DNA of 63,785 nucleotides, filler included, from Bonamia ostreae (Eukaryota): NCBI GenBank assembly GCA_040357525.1. It is 13 parts of 13 records of this genome, joined end to end, with 100 filler letters (N's around TTAATTAATTAA, not from the genome) between each part and the next. Parts side by side here need not be neighbours in the genome. Positions count along the whole stretch, not along the records: positions 9,911 to 14,751 come from JBDODL010000258.1; positions 14,852 to 19,683 come from JBDODL010000259.1; positions 19,784 to 24,606 come from JBDODL010000260.1; positions 24,707 to 29,521 come from JBDODL010000261.1; 9 more parts are not named here. One strand, 5' to 3'. Shown piece by piece: positions 12,125 to 26,385 of this stretch (position 1 is its first letter; each line of letters starts with the position of its first letter). The notes under the pieces were generated by a model. It saw only the letters and a program-made list of their open reading frames with translations, ran no database searches and was not told where the DNA came from. The position numbers and the translations under genes were made by a program.

Positions 12125-14185
12125 ATGGACAAAAAAATTGTGAACGAAAAGACAAAATTGAAATGGCCGGACAATTGGTTTCCTACTAAATCGTTTTTAT
12201 TAAAATGAGTTTTGTAATGTAAATAATGGCGAATTTTTGTTTTCATTGCGAAAGATTTGACAAATTTAAAAATAATGGCGAATTTTTGTTTTCATTGCGA
12301 AAGATTTGACAAATTTAAAAATAATGGCGAATTTTTGTTTTCANNNNNNNNNNNNNNNNNNNNNNNNNNNNNNNNNNNNNNNNNNNNNNNNNNNNNNNNN
12401 NNNNNNNNNNNNNNNNNNNNNNNNNNNNNNNNNNNNNNNNNNNTTTTCATTGCGAAAGATTTGACAAATTTAAAAATAATGGCGAATTTTTGTTTTCAAT
12501 GCGAAAGATTTGACAAATTTAAAAATAATGGCGAATTTTTGTTTTCATTGCGAAAGATTTGTCGAATTTGTAAAAATCTTTTAATTCGATTTTTGAACTT
12601 TACAATTTTTTTCTTTGAAATAATAAAAAAACTTAACAAAACTTTAAAAACAAAAGAACCATTTCACGTAAAATATATTCAGCTCTTACAGAAGTAAAAT
12701 CAAAAGCAGGATATTTCTGCAGAATTTTCATAATCTTGAATGTCTTGGTTAGCATCGCATGCGTCATCGTTCTTAATTTACCAAACGAAGAGTTTTTATA
12801 AAACTGTTACACATTTTGATAATTGTTACAACAATTAAAAAATAGAGCCAGAATTGAAGAAAAAAGAGACAATCCGATCGAATGGGCGATTTTGATAACA
12901 AATTTTTTCTTGTTTATCGAATATTTTTTAAAATTGTGCTGTTGTTGGAGCCAATCTATAAAAGAACTTGGGCATTCCAAAATGAAATTTGGATTTTGTA
13001 ACAAATATTTAAATCGAGTTTTTGTAAAATCAAATCTTTATTTTTATAATAATTAATATTATTTTGCGATTAAAGTTTTCAAAATTTTTCTAATTAAAGA
13101 TTTTTGTGTTTCTAATTTCGCCATTAAATTTCATCGATTTAATAATAATTCTGGGATTTTCAACAAACACATTGTTAAATCTATTTTATAATAGCAATCC
13201 GGCTCAGTTACTTAGCATGGTTTTTATTTTTTACCAAATTTCGAACAATAATTTACATTTTTTCACACAATAATATTATTTTTCGCAAAATATTTGATTG
13301 TTTTGCTAATTTGTAATTTTGGCAAATTGATCGCAAAAGTAATTTTTATCAAATTTGACAATTCGCAAATTCTGTCCAAATCGCAATAAAATCTATTAAA
13401 TTTGCAAATTTTTGTAATTTTTTGAATAAAAAGCTGATATTTTTGCGTTTGATAAAATTGGCATCTTTCACAAAAGGATTTTGGGTGTTTTATTATGTGT
13501 TGGGACAATCCATGTTGTACATATTATATATTTTGATTTTTATGTCTATTTTGATAATATTGTCTGGCGCAATGATTTATTACGTCGAATCGTATTACAA
13601 TGACGAAAACAATCCAAGTTTATACAAAACAATTTTTGACGGAATGTGGTGGTCTGTTGTTACTGTTTCAACGGTCGGGTTTCATATCAAAAAATAAAAT
13701 TTTCGCAATGTTTTGTTAAAATCAACACCAAAATTTTATTTTGATCGATCGAAAATTTACAAATTTGCATTTTCTAAAACGTTTTCATTAAACTAAAGTT
13801 ACGGCGATTATTTTCCGAAGAGCACAATGGGAAGAATATTGGGAATTGTGACGATATTTTTTGGTCTGATAATATTTTCGATTCCAATAGGAATCATTGG
13901 AGCAAACTTTGATGCTTTTTTAAGATCTGAAGAAACCGTCGTTAAAGAAGATAATATTAGTCAAAAAGAGATTTTACTTGAATTTGAAAAATTGAATGGA
14001 AAATTAGACCGTTTGATCAATATTTTTGAGAAAAAAGGGATGTTAAAGATTTTAAGTAAATACAATTTAAATTACGCCATTTTACTAAATTTTACAATTT
14101 TCAAAGTTTTCTAAATTTTAGCTATTAATGTTTTTATATAATTACATTAATAACATTTTTAGACAGTTTTCCAAAAACTTACTGA
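12125..14185 (+). CDS. Kv-like potassium channel, multi-exon, ends uncertain
   Basis: Pore helix IFDGMWWSVVTVSTVG|YGD restored across an intron; S6 GRILGIVTIFFGLIIFSIPIGIIGANF. Confidence 0.85.
12222..12560. repeat. 49-bp minisatellite spanning the N gap 12344-12443, probably in a K+ channel intron
   Basis: Unit aataatggcgaatttttgttttcattgcgaaagatttgacaaatttaaa on both sides of the gap. Confidence 0.9.
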
Positions 14186-14715
14186 ATGAAATTCCCAGAT
14201 CCGCCGAATCACTACAAAAACTCCGAAAAGGAGCTTTCGGAGAATTATAAAATATACGAGAATTTGCTAAAACACGGAAATTTCAGAAAATTTGGAGAAA
14301 CGTTCGATGTTTGTTACAAGAAATGCTTTTTGCAGAATCAATAAACTTTTAAAATCATTTTAACACTTTTTCATATAATTATAGCATCAATATAAAAAAG
14401 TTTGAAACTCCGCAAAACATTAAAGCTTTAAATAACGTTGATTCGAAGAATGATCTTTTGTCACTAAACATGAAAGACATGGAAATCTTTACAGAATTGC
14501 TAAAATCGATTTCGCGAAGTGATTTTAGCCAAATTGACGAGACAGTGAAAAATTTGAACGAAAATTTTTCGCAATCTTTCCATTTGTTGAATTCAATGAG
14601 AAGATATCAAGCTCTAAAAACCTTGGAGACTGATTTGGATATAAAAAATGATTATTTAGATGATAAAATTGAAGCCTTAAAAATGTTTTTATCGAAATGT
14701 AAAAAAGGTCGTTAA
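14186..14715 (+). CDS. MED7: Mediator subunit 7
   Basis: MKFPDPPNHYK...FRKFGETF and FSQSFHLLNSMRRYQALKTL, matching MED7 FPxPP..Y and HHLLNxxRPHQA. Confidence 0.8.
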
Positions 14716-14851
14716 ATCGATCGAAAAATGAGTTTCAAAAATATGAAAATGNNNNNNNNNNNNNNNNNNNNNNNNNNNNNNNNNNNNNNNNNNNNTTAAT
14801 TAATTAANNNNNNNNNNNNNNNNNNNNNNNNNNNNNNNNNNNNNNNNNNNN

Positions 14852-15195
14852 TTTTGTCGTTTAATCATCGAAATGAATCCATTTCGATTGTAACAAATAA
14901 CAAAATCGTTTTTTTGATGGCTAAACAACTTAATTTTAGTAATTTGCGATTTGTTTCCAGAATTTGCGATTAGTTCAAAAGGAATTTTCTTTGTTTTCAA
15001 AACATTCAAAACTTGAGAAATATGGAAAAATTGAGAATAAATATCCCAAATTTCGATTTCGCCGTTTTTTCTGCTGAGAGCGAGTCGATTTTTGTTGGCG
15101 TCGATATCAATAGAGTAAATTGGCGAAGGACGAAGAGCGAGAATTTTGTAGCGATGACAAATTTTTTTGTTATTGCTGTTTGCGTTATCAAGCAT
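14852..15195 (-). CDS. UTP4: UTP4/cirhin WD40 protein (5' part)
   Basis: CHRYKILALRPSPIYSID...RLALSRKNGEIEIWD. Confidence 0.75.
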
Positions 15196-15415
15196 TATCG
15201 GACCTGCTGAATTATATTCAATTTTCCTAATAGGAATAATAAGCTCAAATGTTAATAACAAAATATTATATGACTTTTTTCTAATGTTTTATAGTTTAGA
15301 AATTGAATGGCTGTTTTTTAAAACAGTTTATTAAAAAACAGAACTAATTTTAAAGCTTCGTAAAATATATTTAAAAGCTTTGTCTAAAAATATTTTAAGC
15401 TTTCCGATAGAAAAA

Positions 15416-16332
15416 ATGCAAAAAATGGCACAAACTAATTTACACAAAACAAACTTTCGCAAAATCGCAAACAATATATTTATTAAAAGCTTGTTCGTAA
15501 CTCCGAAAAGATTTTGTCAAAACGAAATTGTTATTATATCCAATTCTTAAGAAAGAAAATTACAGATTTCGTAACAGAAAAATGGTCGGATTGACAGAAA
15601 CCAAATTTTTCTCGAAAACATCTAAAATAATGCAAAATCGAGGCGACACCGTCAAATTCGAAAAAATACTTTTGATCGCCATTAAAAGACTGAAACATAA
15701 TTTGACGATTCTTAATATCCCGCGAAAACCAATCACAACGTTCAACTTCTATAACGCTTCTTTCGAGAAAAAGGAAAAGTTTTTTGAATTTTGGGAAAAA
15801 ATGGAACATCTTTCGGAAGAAGCAAAACTTACCGCGACATTGAATTATCTAGCTCTAAATTTCGAAGCCATCTCTGATCTGGATAACAACGATCAAACTT
15901 TAATGGCGAATTGCGGTTATTTTACGATGGCAAATTTTGAAAAATAATGTAATTTGAAGAATCGCAGTACGAAAAATATCGCGGTCAAACAGCTTTTGAG
16001 TTGCTGGACAGAATGTTCGCCAAGATAACGCCACAGATCGGTCTGGCCTTTAAAAAGAAGTATACAAAGGGCAAAGTGGGACATACGTTGGTGCCGGTTT
16101 CAACAATTTTCAAACCAAAAAGTCGCCAAAACCTTTAACGGCCGATCAATGCGATAACAGTGCGGTGAAATTATTTGAGAAAGGAATTAAAAAGAGGACT
16201 GAAAAGACTTTGGTTAGAAAATTGACAAACGAGTTGTTGGATATCGAGACTGGCAAAGCTGCTAGCATCGAGGAAAAGAATAAAGTGCACTTGACTGCTC
16301 TTAAAAACAGAAAGAATATTTATATGAAGTAA
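15416..16332 (+). CDS. MRPS7: Mitochondrial ribosomal protein uS7m, multi-exon
   Basis: Basic presequence-like N-terminus; C-terminus PKPLTADQ...LVRKLTNELLDIETGKAASIEEKNKVHLTALKNR matches uS7. Confidence 0.75.
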
Positions 16333-16672
16333 ATTTTTAAAAATTTGCGTTTAAACGACAAATCAATGTTCAGTGAGTTAATTGCTTTTTAGAACAAAAA
16401 GGTTCTCAAGAACGAGTACATGAAATTTCAAATATTGATCAATATCGAAGCCTTTAAATTAACTGTCACTTAAACGTAAAAACGAAAAAAAAAATAATTT
16501 AACAACCATTTTGTATATTCAATGTAACAAAACTGAATATTTTGGATAGTTGTAATAAATTGAATATTTACAATTAGCATTGATATAATGGTTAAAATAT
16601 ACATTACGTAAAAAAATTGTTTATAAAAGAAAGGCATTAGAAAATATTTAAAAAGAAAAAATATTTAAAAAT

Positions 16673-16688
16673 GGTGTTGAAAAACACC
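16673..16688 (-). promoter_or_regulatory. Histone mRNA 3' stem-loop GGTGTT-TTTC-AACACC
   Basis: Perfect 6-bp stem with a 4-nt UUUC loop, opening GG and closing CC, 13 nt after the H2B stop. Confidence 0.85.
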
Positions 16689-16701
16689 GGTTATAAAGGC
16701 A

Positions 16702-17076
16702 CTAATTGTTGCGGCTTGTCTTAAACTTGTTCACAGCCTTAAGACCCTCGTTCATCGCATGTTTGGCCAGTTCTCCTGGGAGAACCAACTTTACTGCAGA
16801 TTGAATATCTCCAAAAGACAACAAGCGCTTGTTCTCTTTCTTCAAAAGCAAGGACGCTTCCGTTAACACCTTATCCATGTTGTGCAGCACCAGCGAATTC
16901 ATTATCATCATAGATTCGCGAGAAATCCCAATGTCTTGGTGAATCTCCTTCAACACCTTATAAACAGCGTTTCCAAAGTTTCGCTCATGGTGCTTATTCT
17001 TCTTTCGCGGATTAGGCTTGGTAGAAGAGGAAGTGGTGGCTTTGGCGATAGATTTTTTTGCAACTTTTTTAACCAT
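16702..17076 (-). CDS. H2B: Histone H2B (divergent, intronless)
   Basis: VYKVLKEIHQDIGISRESMMIMNS, IQSAVKLVLPGELAKHAMNEGLKAVNKF. Confidence 0.97.
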   Translation of the reverse strand: MVKKVAKKSIAKATTSSSTKPNPRKKNKHHERNFGNAVYKVLKEIHQDIGISRESMMIMNSLVLHNMDKVLTEASLLLKKENKRLLSFGDIQSAVKLVLPGELAKHAMNEGLKAVNKFKTSRNN

Positions 17077-17548
17077 TTTTAACTTTTAAGTTAATATAAA
17101 AAGAAACTTTTATATATAAAAAGATTTTAAGTTTATGCATAATATTCTGGTAAATAACGAGCCAATATTTTAGATTTTGATTTGTTTTGTGCTAATTTTT
17201 GTAATATGATTTTTGAAATGATTTCTATTTGTTTGGATAAAGCAATGATTGACCAATTTATTAGCAGGGAATCATCGTTAGTTAATAAATTTTTTAATTA
17301 TTTCTAAGAGAAAATAAGTAATCCGTTATCACACTTTCGAAAAAATGATGAAGCGAAATTCATGTTAATCCAAATACAAATTGCGAAGAGTGATAATAAG
17401 CATTTCAAAGCAGTTTGACAAAATTTTCAAATATTAAATTACGAAAAAAGTGCGGCCAAAATTATTTTAAGAGACAATTTTTGTTGTTCAACGATTTTCA
17501 GAAAATTGTAGAAACGTAATTTTTTTAAAATTAACAAACTAGTTTTAA

Positions 17549-18352
17549 TCAATCACAATCGCTTCGTTGTTCTTTATTTTTTGTTTTGATTCTTTGATCT
17601 TTTTTCCATTTACTTCTTGTTCGATTTCATCGTTGTTGTCCGATAGATCAATTTGATTAGACTTTCCCTCTATTTTTTCTTCTTCCGCGGAGTTATCTTT
17701 ACCACTGCCGCTCTCTTTTTCCGTCGAATCGGTCGAATCCGAATAGTATTCACTCGAAACGTTCCTTGAATCGCTTTCCTTTAATATTAATTTTAATCAT
17801 TACTGGAAATTCGTCGACATCGCCTTCCCAATCATCGTCGCTCTTTCCTCCACCGCCAATATTTGTGCTTATTGCTTCGTCGCGAGCTTTAATCTTTCTT
17901 TTTCCAGGCGCTCTCGGAGCGGACACAATATTATAATAAAGCATTGCTGAGCTTACTCCTGGATTGTCAGGGTCGGAATCCGAAGAATAACAAGAATCGT
18001 AAATTTTTTTCGGTTTTATCGATTTTTTACTCCTTTTTTTGATCGATTTTTTGGTCGATTTTTTATTAACTTTTTTCATAGATTTTTTATTGCCATTTTT
18101 ATTGGATAAGACTTGTTTTTTATTAATCGTTTTTTTGACTGATCGTTTAATGTTTTTATCGCCATTGTTTGACATTGTTTTTATAGATCGTTTTTGCGAA
18201 GTTCTGCGTCGCCGCTCTTTTTTATTAATTTTTTTGGCGGTTTTCTTGTTTGTTTCTACAGTTTTTATAGATTGTGAAGGCTTTTTAGACATGGCCGATT
18301 TGGGAGTTTTGGTTCTTTTTAACTGTTTTGCAATTCGTTTTGCCGATTTCAT
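17549..18352 (-). CDS. Lys/Arg-rich N-terminal, acidic C-terminal disordered protein; 25-nt intron after DEFP
   Basis: KKS/KKT-rich first ~115 aa, then an S/D/E-rich tail that continues after splicing. Confidence 0.7.
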
Positions 18353-18884
18353 TAAAATGAATTTAAGAAATTTTTATATGTTACGAGAAAAATATGAGAT
18401 TTATGAAGTTTTTGAATGCTTATTTTCTTAATTTTTTTTAATTTTCAGAGCGGTATTTTTTGTTAGTTTGGCTTTTTTATCGTTTTCACGCATACAAAAC
18501 CAGACAGTGCTAAATTGATCAATTTTGTTTTATTTGTCGATCCCTGATCTAAATCTACATTTTTTAAATCCGAATTTAAATATTCATTGCCCCAGAAATC
18601 GACCAACATCAAAATTTAAGGAACGAAAAGTTCTCAGGAAACTTCTCGCGATAAAACAAATCTCCCAAAAAACACAAAAAGCTATTTATAGAACATAAAA
18701 ACACAATTTTGGCGTAAATATGAAACATTTTAATTACAAAAGCGGCTAATTTGTATAATTTAGCCAAACAATATTTAGAAAGTAATCGAGTAAAAGTCGT
18801 TTCAATCCGATCAATGATGATAAAAATCTTAAACGTAATCGCCATTATCAAAACTTGGCTAATTTCCACTAAAATTTAAAGAAA

Positions 18885-19400
18885 ATGAACAAGAATAAGC
18901 GAATCGTTCTTCCCAGCACTATCATACCCAGCAAATACAGGCTGTCGCTCATTCCAAACATGACCGATTTTACGTACAGCGGCAAAGTCATCGTCGATTT
19001 GCACGCGAAGCAACCTGTGAATCAGATCAAGTTACATTCAGCTGATTTGGAATTCAAAAACGTCGAATTCAGCCAGAGCGATCACAACAAGAAAATCGAT
19101 GTTTCCAAGATCTCCTTCGATTCTGCAGAAGAAACCGCCGAAATTCCGACGACGGTTTCGCAAGGCGACGGCACACTCAAAATTGAGTTTTCAGGACTCA
19201 TCAACGATCAAATGAAAGGATTTTATAGATCCACCTTCAAAGACGCGACGGGGAAGAGTCGTGTCGTCGGGTGTACTCAGTTCGAGCCGATCGACGCGAG
19301 ACGAGCGTTTCCTTGTTGGGACGAACCTGTCCACAAAGCGAAGTTCGACGTGGACATAACAGTTCCCCAAAAATATTTGGTTCTGTCGAATATGGAAGGT
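18885..19400 (+). CDS. M1 family (puromycin-sensitive-like) aminopeptidase, 5' part
   Basis: LPSTIIPSKYRLSL, MKGFYRS, TQFEPIDARRAFPCWDEP, LSNM. Confidence 0.93.
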
Positions 19401-19439
19401 TTTTTCAATGCCATTTAAATTTGCAGAAAGTTAATTTTT

Positions 19440-19683
19440 AATCACCATTTTTTAATCGCCATTTTTAGTTCAAACAAAACTGATTTTTAATAAACTGATT
19501 TTAATTGCCATTTTTAAATCGCCATTTTAGTTCAAACAAAACAAAACTGATTTTTAATAAACTGATTTTAATTGCCATTTTTAAATCGCCATTTTTAGTT
19601 CAAACAAAACTGATTTTTAATAAACTGATTTTAATCGCCATTTTTAGTTCAAACAAAACTGATTTTTAATAAACTGATTTTAA
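19440..19683. repeat. Intronic minisatellite (aatcgccatttttagttcaaacaaaactgatttttaataaactgatttt units)
   Basis: About four copies running into the contig end. Confidence 0.85.
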
Positions 19684-19787
19684 NNNNNNNNNNNNNNNNN
19701 NNNNNNNNNNNNNNNNNNNNNNNNNNNTTAATTAATTAANNNNNNNNNNNNNNNNNNNNNNNNNNNNNNNNNNNNNNNNNNNNAAAA

Positions 19788-20205
19788 ATGTTTGGCAAAG
19801 TCAGAAAATTGAGCAAAATTAAAAAAAGCCAAAACTTCCTCTTTGTTAACGCAAAGCGGACTGTAATGGACCAAAAAAACTTTACAAACAACACATCCGT
19901 TTTGTTATAAAACATAAAAGCTCAACACTGAATGCGGTTTTTATTGGGGGTACATCACGCAAGCACCCGCTTACATCAGAAACCAAGCTTATATGAAATG
20001 GATTCTTTTCTATGGCGCCGTCTATTACATGTACACTTATTCGACAGCGAAAGAACATTCTGCAAATGCAGATCTCGAACAGCGCTATCGCAACGGGCAA
20101 GTTTGTGATCACTGTGGCTCATGCCACACTTCTTATATTTGCCCGCACATTTCGGAATATCCAAATGGAATTGATCCGATAACAATGCGTCCGAGGCCAT
20201 TTTGA
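19788..20205 (+). CDS. Small putative mitochondrial single-pass protein with CDHCGSCHTSYIC motif; 22-nt intron 19899-19920
   Basis: Spliced ORF MFGKVRKLSKIKKSQNFLFVNAKR...TS|LNTECGFYWGYITQAPAYIRNQAYMKWILFYGAVYYMY... Confidence 0.7.
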
Positions 20206-20350
20206 GTGCATTTAATAAAACCATTTGTCGCTTTTGTCATTTTTCCACAAAATTAATAAATTTGCTGTTACCAATTTTATAAAATTTGCTGTTACCAGTT
20301 ATTTTTATTAAAAAAGAGATAAACATTCACATTACTCACATCTATAACAA

Positions 20351-22130
<1,780 letters not shown>

Positions 22131-22356
22131 ATTGATATTATTAAAACATTTTTCACCAAATCATATTTTTAAAATCGCTTATAAAATTTTATAAATGTCT
22201 ATAAATTGGCAAAAATCGTCAAAAATAACACGTACAAAAACTAAATTTTAACAATCTTAACTAAATTTTAGGCTAAATAACAAAATTTGAGAATTTATAG
22301 ATTACATTCTAAAAATCGCCATTTTGATATTTTACAGAAAACATCAAAAAAGGAAA

Positions 22357-24590
<2,234 letters not shown>

Positions 24591-24706
24591 AAAAATGGCA
24601 TTTTTANNNNNNNNNNNNNNNNNNNNNNNNNNNNNNNNNNNNNNNNNNNNTTAATTAATTAANNNNNNNNNNNNNNNNNNNNNNNNNNNNNNNNNNNNNN
24701 NNNNNN

Positions 24707-26148
24707 TAAACGGTTTATTGCCATACATTTCTTAGCCGAAAGTCCTAATTTTTGAATAGTTAATTTATATTTCTCCGAGTCGACTTCAATATGAACGGGC
24801 ACATTTTCGCAACTCTGTATTTCAACGTTAACACTTTCAACCCCAACTTTTGAAAATTAGTTTATAATCAAATCATTATTAAAAATTGAACAAATTAATG
24901 TTCTCGAAAACTTTACGTTGCATAATTTTGTTATCTAAAATTAAGCAAAAATAATAATAAACGTTGATGTTTGTCGTTGCTTCCCCACATAAAAAGTTTC
25001 CCATCGTCAGTCAAAGCTGCGCTAACTTTGCTTCGAGCAAAAATGCGCTCGATTTTGTGCCTTGCAAAATAATCGATCGAAGTGGGGCTTAACAAACCAC
25101 TCAGAAAAAACGATTGTGATCCAAGTACTCCAAGCGCACCTCTTTCAGAGCTCCCCCAAGCGTAAACTTTGCCAGTTTTCGAAAGAGCCAAACTGTGTAG
25201 AGATCCTGCAGCAATAGAATGGAAAGGTTCTGGTTGTTTGACGCGAGTCGGTGTATCGTGAGATTGTTTTTGGCCGGTACCCAAAGCTCCAGCGGAAAAA
25301 AGCGATCCTCCGAATCCCCAGCTAAACGCTTGGCCTTTTATATCAAGCGCTAGAGTGTGTTTTTCTCCACAAGCGATCGAAGTGATTTTTTCGATATTTT
25401 TGACCTCTTGAAATGCCTTTATTATTATAATTTGATTCATTTGTTTTGAATCGTTTAGATATCAATTTAAAAAATTCAAAATTTTGTCATTTTTTAATTT
25501 TAGCAAATTAGACGGTCATAAAAATATTGTCGCTTACAATTTAAAAAGTCTATTTTCAATTTTTTTTAATTTGGAAAATTGTATCGCAAATATTCTCAGA
25601 TTCACAATATTTATTGTGAAAATTTTGCAAAAAATGTGGATTTGCAAAAATAAAAAAATATTCCAAATATTGACAATGTTTAATCTTTAAATCCGAAACA
25701 TAAGCTAAAAATGTCGATTAAAAGAAAAATCAAGAACTAAATCTTATCGAAAACGAAGCGTCGATCTTCCCACAAAGGATGAAATGTAAAATGGAGAGAT
25801 TTGATTAAATCTTTATTGACTAAAGATGCCGATTACAGAAATAGTAAAAACCTCTACTTTTTCTGATGTTCCACCAATGCCGAGTTGTCCATTTAAATTA
25901 GAGCCAGCTGTAAAGACTTTTCCGCTTTTTGTTAATAAAGCGGTGTGCAGTGAACCAAACGAAATGGATTCAAATCGTTCATTTTTTGGCATTTCGAGCT
26001 TCATCGGAACAGGCACATCATCGGAATGGCCGTTTCCAAGAGAACCACTTTTTCCAGATCCCCAAAGATACAAGTTCGTTTTGGAATTTGCAAAACTTCT
26101 GTAATTCTTAAACCCGTTCATTCGTCGAAAACATCGAAATTTGAGCAT
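24707..26148 (-). CDS. RCC1-repeat protein with mitochondrial-like presequence (RCC1L-like), partial
   Basis: LYLWGSGKSGSLG, HTALLTKSGKVFTAGSNLNGQLG, IACGEKHTLAL, VYAWGSSERGALG. Confidence 0.85.
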
Positions 26149-26385
26149 TTTATACTAATATTGCGAAATATATATAATTATTTAATTTGGCCAAGTTTAA
26201 AATTTGGCCAAGCCGTCATATTTTGTTTATACAAAAAATTTTTGGGTCTCCACAACCACTTTGATACACAAACTTTTTGGAAATTTTGATATTTATTAAA
26301 AAAACCAACCATAATTTATTAAACAAATAAAATATATTAGATCTATATAGAAAAGCTAAATTTTATAAGTCCTAAAATCGTTAGA

